A DNA stretch of 64,000 nucleotides from a bacterium (GCA_963669175.1 OY769902.1:2464001-2528000); one strand, 5' to 3'. Shown: positions 29,015-39,014, numbered from the stretch's first letter. The notes: generated from the letters alone by a model not told the origin. Translations and numbers: made by a program.

Positions 29015-30193
29015 TTATAAACCTTCGATAAACGCCAACCTAGAGTATCGATCCGAAGCAAAGTCCATCAGGAAGGGTCTTTCCAGCCGTTTCAGGTTTT
29101 TGTCGTACAGCAACAGGATTTCCGGACGATGCAGGTTCTCCGGGTTTACACGCGCAACAACTCCCCGATACCCTACAATATCCATGTTAGTCGCCTGTTC
29201 GACCATGACATTGGTGCCCACAGGGAACACGTTAATGATCGAAATAGCTTCCTTCACAACTGCGGGATGGAACCAGGTTCCGCTCAGCTTTATTAAGCGT
29301 CCCACGGCTTCGATAGGTGAAACCGGTTCCCGTTCAATACGGGCATTCACGAGATTATCGAAGTAGTTGGCTACAGCAATGATATCCGCATAGCGGAAGA
29401 TTGTACCGTGACTTTTTCTATTCTCATGAGGCGCTTCCGGGTCACCCACAAGCCCATCGGGAAAGCCGCTGCCATCATAGCGTTCATGATGCTGCTGAAT
29501 ACCGACGATGGTTGCGGGATCGATCTGACGGTCGTCCATGAGAATGTCGCCGCCAAGAATAGGATGCTGGCGATACTCTTTCTCCTGCTCCTCGGTCCGG
29601 TCGGCAGGATGGATCTTGTCGATATCATCTTCAAGAAGGCTTTTTCCGATGTCGTGAAGCATTGCAGCCTGGGATAATTTATTCAGTTCTGAAACACTGT
29701 AATAAAGACGCTGGCCGATCATGGAACTGAGCATGGCGACATCAAACGAGTGGTTAAACCCCGAACCAGTCGTCTGCATGGAAGTCGGATAGTAAAATCG
29801 CACACTATTGTTGGTCAGGCTGGATAATAACTTCTCCGAAGCTCTGCGCATCAGCATGGTCTGGCCACTGCTTTTGCGAAGCGAACGCATCATGGTGCTG
29901 GATTTCTGCTTGCCATGTGCACCTTTATCGCGTGCAACCGCCTCTGCAGTGTACTCATCGAACGCTTCGTATACTGATTTCTTATCCTTAATATCGACGA
30001 TTTCTTCAGGGACAATGTTTTCTGTCCCGTTTTCATTGATATAAACATACTTGTAATCCATAGCCTTGAGTTTTTCGATAAAGGCTACGGAGAGTTCAAC
30101 ACTTTGCCCAAGAAGCAGTCTGAAATGGCGATCATAAACGGGGCGGGCGAGAACCATACCTGGTCGTAACATGTGAATAGCACACTGACGCAC
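29015..30193 (-). CDS. HD-GYP domain protein (putative c-di-GMP phosphodiesterase)
   Basis: LRPGMVLARPVYD N-terminus, HS..V, LHDIGK, HHERYDGSGFP and IIAVANYFDNL. Confidence 0.88.
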   Translation of the reverse strand: MRQCAIHMLRPGMVLARPVYDRHFRLLLGQSVELSVAFIEKLKAMDYKYVYINENGTENIVPEEIVDIKDKKSVYEAFDEYTAEAVARDKGAHGKQKSSTMMRSLRKSSGQTMLMRRASEKLLSSLTNNSVRFYYPTSMQTTGSGFNHSFDVAMLSSMIGQRLYYSVSELNKLSQAAMLHDIGKSLLEDDIDKIHPADRTEEQEKEYRQHPILGGDILMDDRQIDPATIVGIQQHHERYDGSGFPDGLVGDPEAPHENRKSHGTIFRYADIIAVANYFDNLVNARIEREPVSPIEAVGRLIKLSGTWFHPAVVKEAISIINVFPVGTNVMVEQATNMDIVGYRGVVARVNPENLHRPEILLLYDKNLKRLERPFLMDFASDRYSRLAFIEGL

Positions 30194-30334
30194 GTACAGA
30201 CTCCACTGTTTTGGGTGGTTTTTTTGTTTTTTGGCTTTTTGGAATTTTAACGATACGAAGTTCTTTCAGATTTTCAAAACAAAAATTCTCGGAGAGTACT
30301 GCTTAGTCTGAAATAATAAAGAAATCCTTGTGAA

Positions 30335-31222
30335 CTAATCAACGTCTGTTGCAGTTGAATCCAGTCTCTCTGCATTACCGGTCTCTACAGATGTATCGGC
30401 TGACTGTTCAATAGCGTCAATCTCCTCGTACTTCAATTCGGAACCACGCATGCTGTGGGGAATCAAGTACACTGCAAACATAATAATACCGGCAAAAAGT
30501 AACCACCAGCGTGCTCGTTTTTTTCCGTTTTCTTTGTGCATAAACCACAATGCGGGCAACCAAACCAGGAAAGCAACCAGGGTTTTGTTGTCAGTCAAAT
30601 CCTCCCCGAATGGCCAGCCGGTCCAATAGGCGCCGAACGCGTATTTCTGAACAATCGGTCCAAGGATCAGACCGCCAACGAAAAGGAATGCCACCGTCAG
30701 GTACACTTTCCATTTCATTGGTTCAGCAATGACAGCTCCCAGCATCACCCTGCTGGCCATGAACATGGCGATAAACATGAAAAGGATGTGTGGGAGCAGG
30801 ACGCCTCCCGGAACGGCGCCTTTGTAACGCATGACAGCGGGTTCGTCCGGTATGATCACATGCTCTTCTCCGTACTCCAGGAGTACCTGGTACTCCAGTT
30901 TCCCAGCCGGTGGTTGTGTCGGGAGAACGGCATAGAGCTGGTCATTCTTGTATTCCATCGGCGTAGCTGTTACCGGATCATTGGTTTTATAACGTTTCCA
31001 TAACACCTTGCCCTCGATTTGTTCCGAGGGTACTTTAATGCTGATCGGCATGTTTTCGCCGGAGTTGTAGGATCTTAGTAATGAATAGCTTATACTGTTT
31101 TCATGCAGACTAATTTGTCCTGAGGCCGGGTGAGTAGGACCAGTGGCCCGCTGATAGACTACAGAAGACAGCGTAATGACTGCCGTTACTACCCAGAGAA
31201 GGATGGTTTTCCATCGATTCAT
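30335..31222 (-). CDS. Conserved hypothetical membrane protein
   Basis: N-terminal TM, a soluble domain, then about 4 TM segments with GPIVQKYAFGAYWTGWPFG.DLTDNK; RBS GAGG. Confidence 0.75.
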   Translation of the reverse strand: MNRWKTILLWVVTAVITLSSVVYQRATGPTHPASGQISLHENSISYSLLRSYNSGENMPISIKVPSEQIEGKVLWKRYKTNDPVTATPMEYKNDQLYAVLPTQPPAGKLEYQVLLEYGEEHVIIPDEPAVMRYKGAVPGGVLLPHILFMFIAMFMASRVMLGAVIAEPMKWKVYLTVAFLFVGGLILGPIVQKYAFGAYWTGWPFGEDLTDNKTLVAFLVWLPALWFMHKENGKKRARWWLLFAGIIMFAVYLIPHSMRGSELKYEEIDAIEQSADTSVETGNAERLDSTATDVD

Positions 31223-31410
31223 GTATTACCTCTTGTTTTGCGGTATAGGATAGTTCAGAAACCCTTTCCGGGCAATATTTAGAATCGAAATGTTGGTCAA
31301 TTCTGAGAACATTTACAACTGAGTCATTCTGATCGAAAAACTTCACGGCGAGTGTAAAAAGTATAACAGGTTAGGACGATAGTTTAAGGCTCAAAATTTC
31401 GCTGCGCCTA

Positions 31411-31439
31411 TTGCAACGGGAGGCAGTGAGTTCTATATT
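31411..31439 (+). promoter_or_regulatory. Putative sigma70 promoter of the SurA/PpiD gene
   Basis: TTGCAA-17 bp-TATATT. Confidence 0.5.
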
Positions 31440-31503
31440 CTCTGCTTACTCAAAGTAAGTTTAGAACAGCAAAACACACGTACGACACGAGGGTATCCCA
31501 GTC

Positions 31504-33321
31504 ATGGCCGTCATGGCAGAAATGCGCAGAAGAATGACCATTATCATGATCATTCTGGTCGTCGCGTTCTTGATTACGATTGTATTCAGTTGGGGCATGG
31601 GCGGGTTCAAAGGAAAGTTTGAGCCCGGCGTGATTGGCAAGGTTAACGGTGTCAAGATTACCCAGGAAGAATATCAGAACGCTCGTGAAAACCGGATGGC
31701 TTATGAGCAGCAGCAGGCCGGTGAGAAAGAGCTGACTCCGAACCAGATTACCCAGATTTATAATGAAGTCTGGGATGGTCTGGTGAACAATATCCTGTTT
31801 GAACAGTACCGGAAAAACGCCGGCATTGAAATGTCGCCTGGCGAATTGAGCTACGCGGTGATTCATTATCCGCTTCCGCAAATCCGTAACATGTTCATCA
31901 ATGAAGATACCGGCCAGTTCGACTCGACACGCTACCGTGCGTTCCTGTCTGATCCGATGTATGAACAGCAGGTCATCTATATCGAGAGTGAAATGCGCAA
32001 CCAGCTTCTCCAGCAGAAGATGCTCCAGCGCATTTCTTCCGGTGTACATGTTTCTGAGCAGGAAGCCAAGGAAAAGTATATTCGCAATAATACCCTTGCT
32101 GAAGCGTCCTACATCCTGGTTGATTATCGTGATCTGGAAGTGGACAGCAATGCGGTTACGAATGCCATGATCCAGGCGGAATACCAGAAGCGTAAAGAGG
32201 AATTCCTTCAGGTCGAACGTCGCAACGTGCAGTTTGTCCTGTTCGAGGACAAGCCCTCCACTGAAGATACCCTGTACGCGCGCCAGGATATTGAGCGCGT
32301 TAAGGAACGGCTTGTCAACGGTGAATCCTTCGATGAACTGGCTGCTGATTTCAGCATGGATGCCGGTAATGCGGATAATGGCGGTGACCTTGGCTGGTTC
32401 GGTGATGGCCGCATGGTGCAGGAATTCTGGGATGCGTCACGCACAGCCGAAATCGGCGAGATCGTTGGTCCGGTGCAGACTCGTTTTGGCTATCACCTGA
32501 TCCGTGTCGATTCAACACGCGGCAAGGATGAATCTTACGAAGTTAAAGCACGTCATATCCTGATCAAGATCGAGCGCAGCCAGCAGACGCTTGGCGATTT
32601 GCGTCGTGAAGCGGACGGTTTCCGTGACGAAGCTGAAGAATCCAATTTTGAAAAGGCCGCCCAGGTCTACGAAGTGAATGTAGACACACTGGAAGGTCTG
32701 ACGCACGATGGCTTCATCCCTCAGTTCGGGCGCAACCAGGCAGCGACAGAATTCCTGTTTAACCGGCCCAAGGGTGATGTGTCCCCGGTGTACTACTTCC
32801 GTCGTCAGGGCTTTGTTGTGATGCGTGTGATCGAAGTGGATCCTGAACATTACCGTCCGGTCGACGAAGTGCGTGAAACCCTGGTAAAAGACCTTGAGAA
32901 GGAAAAGGCGCTGGAACTGGCTGGCGAAAAGGCGAAGGAAGTCTATGCCAAGGTGAAGTCTGCCGGATCCCTTGAAGCAGGCGCAGAAGCCAGTGGTGAG
33001 GAAGTCAAGAAGACAAAGCGCGCATTCAAGATTGACGATTTCGTTTCCGGTGTCGGACGTGATTATGCCTTCACAGCGACAGCTTTTTCGCTTGAACCCG
33101 ATGAGATTTCTGAACCGGTAGAAGGCAGCAAGGGCTGGTATATCATTCGATTGGATTCGAAGACGCCTGCGAACATCTCCCTGTGGGATCGCCAGAAGGA
33201 TTCCAAGATGGGCGAAATGTCTCGCGAATTGCAGCAACAGGTATTCCAGTCCTGGATTGATGCAGCTCGTGAACGAGCGAAGATAGAAGACTTCAGGTAT
33301 TTTTACTATACTGAGTTTTAG
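31504..33321 (+). CDS. PpiD/SurA-like membrane-anchored peptidyl-prolyl isomerase
   Basis: N-terminal TM plus SurA-N region (GKVNGVKI), parvulin domain (FDELAADFS.D..GGDLGWF..MV.EF..PVQTRFGYHLI), and a second degenerate rotamase domain. Confidence 0.9.
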   Translation: MAVMAEMRRRMTIIMIILVVAFLITIVFSWGMGGFKGKFEPGVIGKVNGVKITQEEYQNARENRMAYEQQQAGEKELTPNQITQIYNEVWDGLVNNILFEQYRKNAGIEMSPGELSYAVIHYPLPQIRNMFINEDTGQFDSTRYRAFLSDPMYEQQVIYIESEMRNQLLQQKMLQRISSGVHVSEQEAKEKYIRNNTLAEASYILVDYRDLEVDSNAVTNAMIQAEYQKRKEEFLQVERRNVQFVLFEDKPSTEDTLYARQDIERVKERLVNGESFDELAADFSMDAGNADNGGDLGWFGDGRMVQEFWDASRTAEIGEIVGPVQTRFGYHLIRVDSTRGKDESYEVKARHILIKIERSQQTLGDLRREADGFRDEAEESNFEKAAQVYEVNVDTLEGLTHDGFIPQFGRNQAATEFLFNRPKGDVSPVYYFRRQGFVVMRVIEVDPEHYRPVDEVRETLVKDLEKEKALELAGEKAKEVYAKVKSAGSLEAGAEASGEEVKKTKRAFKIDDFVSGVGRDYAFTATAFSLEPDEISEPVEGSKGWYIIRLDSKTPANISLWDRQKDSKMGEMSRELQQQVFQSWIDAARERAKIEDFRYFYYTEF

Positions 33322-33329
33322 GTGTTCCG

Positions 33330-33365
33330 GAACAACGACCTCATGATTTCATGAGGTCGTTGTTC
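33330..33365. terminator. Long hairpin downstream of the PpiD-like gene
   Basis: GAACAACGACCTCATGA-TT-TCATGAGGTCGTTGTTC; no clear U tract. Confidence 0.55.
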
Positions 33366-33478
33366 ATGGTTCCTTCCACAAACCCGAGAGTGACCTGGTA
33401 TTGTGTCGCCAGGTGTAGTGAGAGTCAGCACTTCCGACGCGCTGCGAGACCTTTTGCCACGCAGAACAGAGGAGTAGC

Positions 33479-34378
33479 ATGCGTCCCATCGTTATTACCG
33501 GTGTCAGTGGTTTTTTAGGCGGACATGTCTGGCAAAGACTGGCTGTGCTGGAAAATGTCGTCGGGTTGGTGGGGTCACGTGGGAAAGTGCCTTTCTGTAC
33601 AAGCCAGCAGTATCACATCGATTTGACAGATCCCGACAGTATCGAAACCTGCTTCTCCGAACTAAAACCCCGATGCATCATTCATTTCGCAGCCATTGGC
33701 AGTGTCAGCATGTGTAGCCAGCAACCGCTCATGGCCTGGCGGATCAATCATGCAGCGACACGCCTGATCTCAAAACTGGCGCAGGATTTCGGGACAAGGC
33801 TGATATTTATATCAACTGACCAGGTTTTCGATGGAAGAAAGGGACTATACACTGAGCTGGATACGCCATCACCATTGCATACGTATGGTGAGAGCAAACG
33901 TGCGGCTGAACGGGTTGTCCTGAACCAGGTTGAAGACAGCGTTGTCGTGCGCATTAATAATAGTTTCGGGCCACCCGCTTTCTTTGGAACATCCTTCAGC
34001 GAATGGGTGCTGGGAAAGGAACGAGCGGGCGAGCCTATCACGCTGTTTTATGACCAGTATAGAAGTTTCCTGGATATGTCCACGCTGGCCGATGTGATGA
34101 TCGAATTGATCAATCATCAGTTCATGGGCACACTGCATCTTGGTGGCGCAAGTCGTTTGAACAGGGTCGAGTTCGGCCGACTTTTACTCCAGCATTGTGG
34201 CGTGGAACAGACCGGCATTCTGGAAATGTCACAAATGAAAATGGATCCGGAAGGGAAGTTGCCGCTGGACACATCATTTGATGTTTCCCTGGCGACTCAG
34301 ATCCTGGATACACACATTCCCACAATAGATGAAGGTTTGTATTTGGCGTACGGGCCGAGCAAAAAGAAGAAAGTTTGA
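33479..34378 (+). CDS. RmlD-like extended SDR (dTDP-4-dehydrorhamnose reductase family)
   Basis: TGVSGFLG, ISTDQVFDG..Y.E.D.P.P..YGESK and LFYDQYRS. Confidence 0.88.
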   Translation: MRPIVITGVSGFLGGHVWQRLAVLENVVGLVGSRGKVPFCTSQQYHIDLTDPDSIETCFSELKPRCIIHFAAIGSVSMCSQQPLMAWRINHAATRLISKLAQDFGTRLIFISTDQVFDGRKGLYTELDTPSPLHTYGESKRAAERVVLNQVEDSVVVRINNSFGPPAFFGTSFSEWVLGKERAGEPITLFYDQYRSFLDMSTLADVMIELINHQFMGTLHLGGASRLNRVEFGRLLLQHCGVEQTGILEMSQMKMDPEGKLPLDTSFDVSLATQILDTHIPTIDEGLYLAYGPSKKKKV

Positions 34379-34450
34379 CGTCCATCACTACGAAGCAGGG
34401 TGAACGTATACACATTTGCGCAAAACCGGATTTTACTGTTTGGAGGGGAA

Positions 34451-34687
34451 GTGTTACGTGTGTTGACCAGCCGTCTGGCGCCACAATGCCCGTTATGTAA
34501 ATCACGGCGTATCCGTAGAAAGCCCAGGCGTGGCTTCATGCAGAAGCATATCTATCCCTTGTTTCTCGGGTATCCCTATCACTGCGGAAGTTGTCAGTCC
34601 AACTTCATTTTATTCATTGGTCGCGCATTGAAGAAGCCCAATGCTGAAAAGCATGCCCGCAAGAGAAGAACCAGCGAGATTTACTAG
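34451..34687 (+). CDS. Small Zn-ribbon protein 1 (CPLC..CGSC)
   Basis: RBS GGAGGGG before the GTG at 34451; two CxxC pairs; clear paralog at 35318-35560. Confidence 0.72.
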   Translation: MLRVLTSRLAPQCPLCKSRRIRRKPRRGFMQKHIYPLFLGYPYHCGSCQSNFILFIGRALKKPNAEKHARKRRTSEIY

Positions 34688-34720
34688 TCGCTGTACAGCA
34701 AGTGTTTTTTCGGAGTTTCG

Positions 34721-35272
34721 ATGATGAACAGAATTGTCCTGGAGAAAACAACTGAACAGGGTTGCCGGGTACAATTGGTTCAGGGTGATCTTACTGAAGA
34801 AGCTGTTGATGCCATCGTAAATGCAGCCAATTCACAGTTGGCGCATGGTGGTGGGGTTGCTGGCGCAATTGTCCGAAAAGGTGGACAAGTTATCCAGGAG
34901 GAATCCTGGAGAGTAGCGCCGGTCCCAGTTGGTCACGCAGTTATAACATCCGCTGGTTCTCTCAAAGCGCGCTATGTGATTCATACTGTTGGGCCTCGTG
35001 GGGGCGAGCCGCAACGAGAAGACAAACTCTCTTCTGCCGTGCAATCCTCACTCGAGTTGGCTGATAGCAAAGGGTTGACCACAATTAGTTTGCCTGCGAT
35101 TTCTACAGGAATTTTCGGTTACCCGATGGATGAAGCAGCCGAGGTCATTTTGCGGACAATCAGTAACTTTTTAGCTTATGAGCAAAACCGGTCAATAGAA
35201 GCAGTTCGTATTTGTATATTTGATGAGAATGCAGTTGATGTTTTCAGCCGGATCTGGGATTCAGCCTTTTAG
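34721..35272 (+). CDS. Macro domain protein (MacroD/YmdB-like ADP-ribose hydrolase)
   Basis: GDLT..DAIVNAAN..GGGVAGAI, VIHTVGP and LPAISTGIFGYP. Confidence 0.94.
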   Translation: MMNRIVLEKTTEQGCRVQLVQGDLTEEAVDAIVNAANSQLAHGGGVAGAIVRKGGQVIQEESWRVAPVPVGHAVITSAGSLKARYVIHTVGPRGGEPQREDKLSSAVQSSLELADSKGLTTISLPAISTGIFGYPMDEAAEVILRTISNFLAYEQNRSIEAVRICIFDENAVDVFSRIWDSAF

Positions 35273-35317
35273 CGGATTCAACCATTGTTTTAAAAGTAAA
35301 CTGACGATAGTTGTACC

Positions 35318-35560
35318 ATGGCAAAAAAACATTACAGCAGATCAGAGCGTCAGTGCCCCAAGTGTGGTTCCAAGACGATCAGACGTGATCATCGCAAAGG
35401 GTGGATGCAGAAATATGTTTTCCCGATTTTCGATGGTTATCCCTGGCACTGCAGGAAGTGTAAGGCCACATTCATCCTGTTCGTAGGGGAAGAGCTGCCG
35501 CCACCCCCGGCGCCACCCTTGATTCACATGCCTGATTTTCCAAAGGACAAGAAACAATAG
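35318..35560 (+). CDS. Small Zn-ribbon protein 2 (CPKC..CRKC) with a Pro-rich tail
   Basis: Paralog of 34451-34687 with the same motif spacing. Confidence 0.75.
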   Translation: MAKKHYSRSERQCPKCGSKTIRRDHRKGWMQKYVFPIFDGYPWHCRKCKATFILFVGEELPPPPAPPLIHMPDFPKDKKQ

Positions 35561-35584
35561 CTGCCCGGGAAGTCCCTGCGCACT

Positions 35585-36907
35585 TTATCCGCGTACGGTT
35601 CCACGCAGGGTGAATCCACGCAGCTCATTGATTCTTACTGGTACAATTTGTCCTGGTGAAACCGGTCCGGGAACTACGACAACATGTCCCGCTGGGGTGC
35701 GCCCCATGTATTCGGACGGGTCTTTGGCGCTGGGGGTCTCGATCAAGACTTCCAGTTCACGGCCTATTTGCGCTTCCCTTTTCTTTCGTCCGCTTTCCCG
35801 CACAATCTTGCCCAATTTGGTCAAGCGTTCTATTTTGACCTGGTTGGGGACGTCATCCTCCAGCTTTGATGCTGCCGTACCGGGACGTTCTGAATAGCGA
35901 TAGACAAACGCATCATCATAGTCCGCCCAGCGTACCAGCGCTTCCGTAGCCTGGTAATCCTCATCCGTCTCTCCGGGGAATCCTACGATGATATCCGTAC
36001 TGAGGTAGAGGTCCGGAATTTTGCGGGCGGCTTCGACGAGGCAACGATAATGCGCATTGGTATACCCACGCCCCATTCGTTTGAGAATACGGTCGCTTCC
36101 GGCTTGCATCGGAAGATGAAGCTCCGGACATACCGGAGAACCGGAACCGAGAACATCCAGCAGTTTGGACGACAGGTCTTTGGGGTGGGACGTGATAAAA
36201 CGCAGTCGTTTTACTCCGTCTACACGAGCGGCCTGTTCCAGCAGCCAGCCGAAATCCTGACCGTCATCATGCCAGGAATTAACATTCTGGCCCAACAGGG
36301 TGACCTGTGGAAATCCCTGCGCAACGGCGTCTTCGATTTCGCGCAGGATCGCTTCAGCTTTCCGGTATCGTTCACGTCCTCGAGCATACGGCACCACGCA
36401 ATACGTGCAGAAGTTGTTGCAGCCCCGAGTAATCACGACCCAGGCATTAACACCGTCACGCCTCGCCGGGGCCAGCTCCTCATACAATTCATCCGATGGG
36501 CCTTCGGTCAGAACGACCGGGCCTTTGCGGTCAGACAGCGTGTTTAACAGTCCGGGCATGCTGCGGTAGGTATCAGGACCAAGCACCCAGTCCAGGAAAG
36601 GCAGACGTTCCGCGACCATGTCGCCGGTGTGTGAGGCCATGCAGCCAATTACACCGATGCGTACATCCGGGTTGGCATCTTTGTACTTCTGGAACTGGGA
36701 TATGTTGGTGATAGCACGTTCCTGCGCGTGTTCACGTACGATACAGGTGTTCACCAGGATGATTCCCGCTTCATCGGGATTCTCAGTACGTTGATACCCG
36801 TTTTCCTCGAGCATGGTGAGTACCAGCTCGCTATCGGCGAGGTTCATCTGGCATCCGTAGGTCTTGATGAAGACCTTACCGCTGTCTTGCTGTTGTATGC
36901 TGTTCAT
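35585..36907 (-). CDS. miaB: tRNA-2-methylthio-N6-isopentenyladenosine synthase
   Basis: TYGCQMN, NTC.VRE.A, radical SAM motif CNNFCTYC, LLGQNVNS and a TRAM domain. Confidence 0.96.
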   Translation of the reverse strand: MNSIQQQDSGKVFIKTYGCQMNLADSELVLTMLEENGYQRTENPDEAGIILVNTCIVREHAQERAITNISQFQKYKDANPDVRIGVIGCMASHTGDMVAERLPFLDWVLGPDTYRSMPGLLNTLSDRKGPVVLTEGPSDELYEELAPARRDGVNAWVVITRGCNNFCTYCVVPYARGRERYRKAEAILREIEDAVAQGFPQVTLLGQNVNSWHDDGQDFGWLLEQAARVDGVKRLRFITSHPKDLSSKLLDVLGSGSPVCPELHLPMQAGSDRILKRMGRGYTNAHYRCLVEAARKIPDLYLSTDIIVGFPGETDEDYQATEALVRWADYDDAFVYRYSERPGTAASKLEDDVPNQVKIERLTKLGKIVRESGRKKREAQIGRELEVLIETPSAKDPSEYMGRTPAGHVVVVPGPVSPGQIVPVRINELRGFTLRGTVRG

Positions 36908-36989
36908 GGGGGCAAGGTAAGAAAACAGGACAAGAGAATGAGACGGAGAGAGCTGAACAGGGGAGGCCGGGAGCGCTCCACTTTTTCAC

Positions 36990-37341
36990 TGAATTTACAG
37001 GATGCACAGGATATCAAGGATGGACTGAATATTTCTCATTGTATAACAATCTGGGAAAATGGGGACTGCCACACTTTTCGCTTACGAATTGCGAGGAACA
37101 TTAACAGTATATCATTTTTCTGCATAGTCATTGCCTGCTGGAATTTTTTGCGAAAAGGTGGCTGTCCCAACATTTTCCTGTCCGGGATCATTCTGTAGCT
37201 GCAGGCGAAAAATCTGGTACAGTTACCTTTTCATTAATAATGGTTTGACTGTCCTGTATCCGAAGACATGAAAAGGTAACAGTCCCAATTTTCACCTGCT
37301 TTTCTACGCCTTCTTCCTTGTCCTGTTCATCCTGTATATTC
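36990..37341. repeat. CAGGAT-family inverted-repeat element enclosing the B+A composite
   Basis: GAATTTACAGGATGCACAGGATATCAAGGA (from 36991) pairs with TCCTTGTCCTGTTCATCCTGTATATTC (37315-37341). Confidence 0.75.
37054..37299. repeat. Composite inverted-repeat element, copy 2, reversed (B 37054-37178 + A 37201-37299)
   Basis: The reverse complement of unit A matches 43446-43536 at about 87/91 positions by hand alignment, spacer included. Confidence 0.88.
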
Positions 37342-37367
37342 TGCTATCAGGTGTGTACACTCGAGAG

Positions 37368-37397
37368 TTGAAATCGACAGCGAGAAGTGAGTATACT
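37368..37397 (+). promoter_or_regulatory. Putative sigma70 promoter of the ABC-F gene
   Basis: TTGAAA(37368-73)-18 bp-TATACT(37392-97). Confidence 0.6.
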
Positions 37398-37409
37398 ATC
37401 CATACCACA

Positions 37410-37511
37410 AGGAGGAGAGCGATGATAAACTGACAGTCCATTCAGTAAAAGGTAAACAGGATAGCCGGATTTGATCCGGTTATGTGGTGTTGTTTCCCGG
37501 AGGACTGTCGT
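37410..37511 (+). promoter_or_regulatory. Leader with uORF Met-Ile-Asn (37422-37433) and an RBS-sequestering stem; putative translational attenuator
   Basis: AGGAGG-AGAGCG-ATG ATA AAC TGA. GACAGTCC (37432-39) is complementary to GGACTGTC (37502-09), which overlaps the ABC-F RBS. Inner hairpin at 37461-37483. Confidence 0.75.
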
Positions 37512-39014
37512 ATGTCTGCTCAACTTATTCTTACCGATTTGCATTTTTCCTATACCAGCGCTGTGGATGTCCTGGCAGATGTGTCCGTATGTCTGTCAAC
37601 CGGATGGACCGGTGTGATTGGACCCAACGGTAGCGGCAAGAGTACGTTGTTACGTATCCTGGCTGACGAGTTATCCGTTGCCCCCGGCATGCTGCAGAGA
37701 GTCCCGTCCGATATGGTAATCCGTTACTGCCCGCAACGAGTCAGCGAACTTGATGATGAGATTCGCACATTCTCGGAAAGCTGGGATGGACTGGCGCTAC
37801 GGATGATGGCCCAACTGGAGCTGGAACCTGATGACCTGGAGCGATGGGATACGCTTTCGCCGGGGGAACGCAAACGCTGGCAAATCGCTGCGGCGTTGCA
37901 TGTCCAACCGGAACTTCTTCTTCTGGATGAGCCGACCAACCATCTCGATACAGAGGCACGTAAACTCCTGTACAACACGCTGTCCGGGTACCGAGGTGTC
38001 GGTTTGCTGGTGTCGCATGACCGTGAATTTCTGGACAACTTGACGTATTCGACTATTCGTGTGCAACCCGGCGGGAAAGTGCAGCACTATTCCGGCTGCT
38101 ACAGCGATGCTCGCGAACAATGGCTGGCGGATGAGGCACATATTCGAAGTACACGTGAGCAATTGCAGTCCGAACGTCGCAAGCTGCGTAGACGTCTGGA
38201 AACGGCAAGCCGTTCGCGCGAGAAAGCGGAATCCAGCGTGAGTACCGGAAAGCGCATGAAGGGTAAACATGACACCGATGCCCGAAGCGTGATGGCAAAG
38301 GGAAGGGTGAAAAACGCCGAACAGAAACTGGCGCGTGGCATGTCCGTCGTGCGAGGGAAACTTGAACGTACTGAACGTGAAGTTGAGCAGTATCGTGTTG
38401 AAAAACAGATCGGACGTTCCGTGTTCGTGCTGGAAGAATCTGCCCCGAAACAGGACTTATTGACTCTGAGGCAGGACTTTGTATCGGTGGGTGATACTAT
38501 CCTGCTGCATAATGTGGATGTCCAGATTCAGCGCGACAGCCGTATTCACCTTCGTGGACCCAACGGATGCGGCAAAACGACCCTGATCAAAGAGTTGATA
38601 CAGGCGTCACAACTGCCGGAAAACCGGATACTCTTTCTCCCGCAGGAGCTTTCTGAAGATCAGATTGATGAAATGCTTCATGATGTCGCCCATATACCCG
38701 GGCAGGAAAAGGGACGCCTGATGCAGATTGTTGCGGCGTTGGGTGTGCCGCCGGAACGGTTGATGCTGTCGGGACGTCCTTCGCCGGGAGAAGCAAGGAA
38801 ATTGCATCTGGCGGTAGGGTTATCACGTCAGGCGTGGTTGCTGATTCTGGATGAACCGACCAATCACCTGGATCTGCCCAGCATAGAACGACTGGAAGAA
38901 GCGCTGGTGGACTACGCCGGCGCTATCCTGCTGGTGAGTCATGACGAGCGGTTTGCCCGGGGCATCACGGATTCAAACTGGAGTATCTATGGCAGGGCGC
39001 TGCACTTGGGGTAA
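37512..39014 (+). CDS. ABC-F family ATPase (antibiotic-resistance ARE-like, long interdomain linker)
   Basis: Two NBDs (GPNGSGKS, GPNGCGKT), LLDEPTNHLD twice, VSHD twice, no TM segments, and a long basic helical linker. Confidence 0.9.
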   Translation: MSAQLILTDLHFSYTSAVDVLADVSVCLSTGWTGVIGPNGSGKSTLLRILADELSVAPGMLQRVPSDMVIRYCPQRVSELDDEIRTFSESWDGLALRMMAQLELEPDDLERWDTLSPGERKRWQIAAALHVQPELLLLDEPTNHLDTEARKLLYNTLSGYRGVGLLVSHDREFLDNLTYSTIRVQPGGKVQHYSGCYSDAREQWLADEAHIRSTREQLQSERRKLRRRLETASRSREKAESSVSTGKRMKGKHDTDARSVMAKGRVKNAEQKLARGMSVVRGKLERTEREVEQYRVEKQIGRSVFVLEESAPKQDLLTLRQDFVSVGDTILLHNVDVQIQRDSRIHLRGPNGCGKTTLIKELIQASQLPENRILFLPQELSEDQIDEMLHDVAHIPGQEKGRLMQIVAALGVPPERLMLSGRPSPGEARKLHLAVGLSRQAWLLILDEPTNHLDLPSIERLEEALVDYAGAILLVSHDERFARGITDSNWSIYGRALHLG

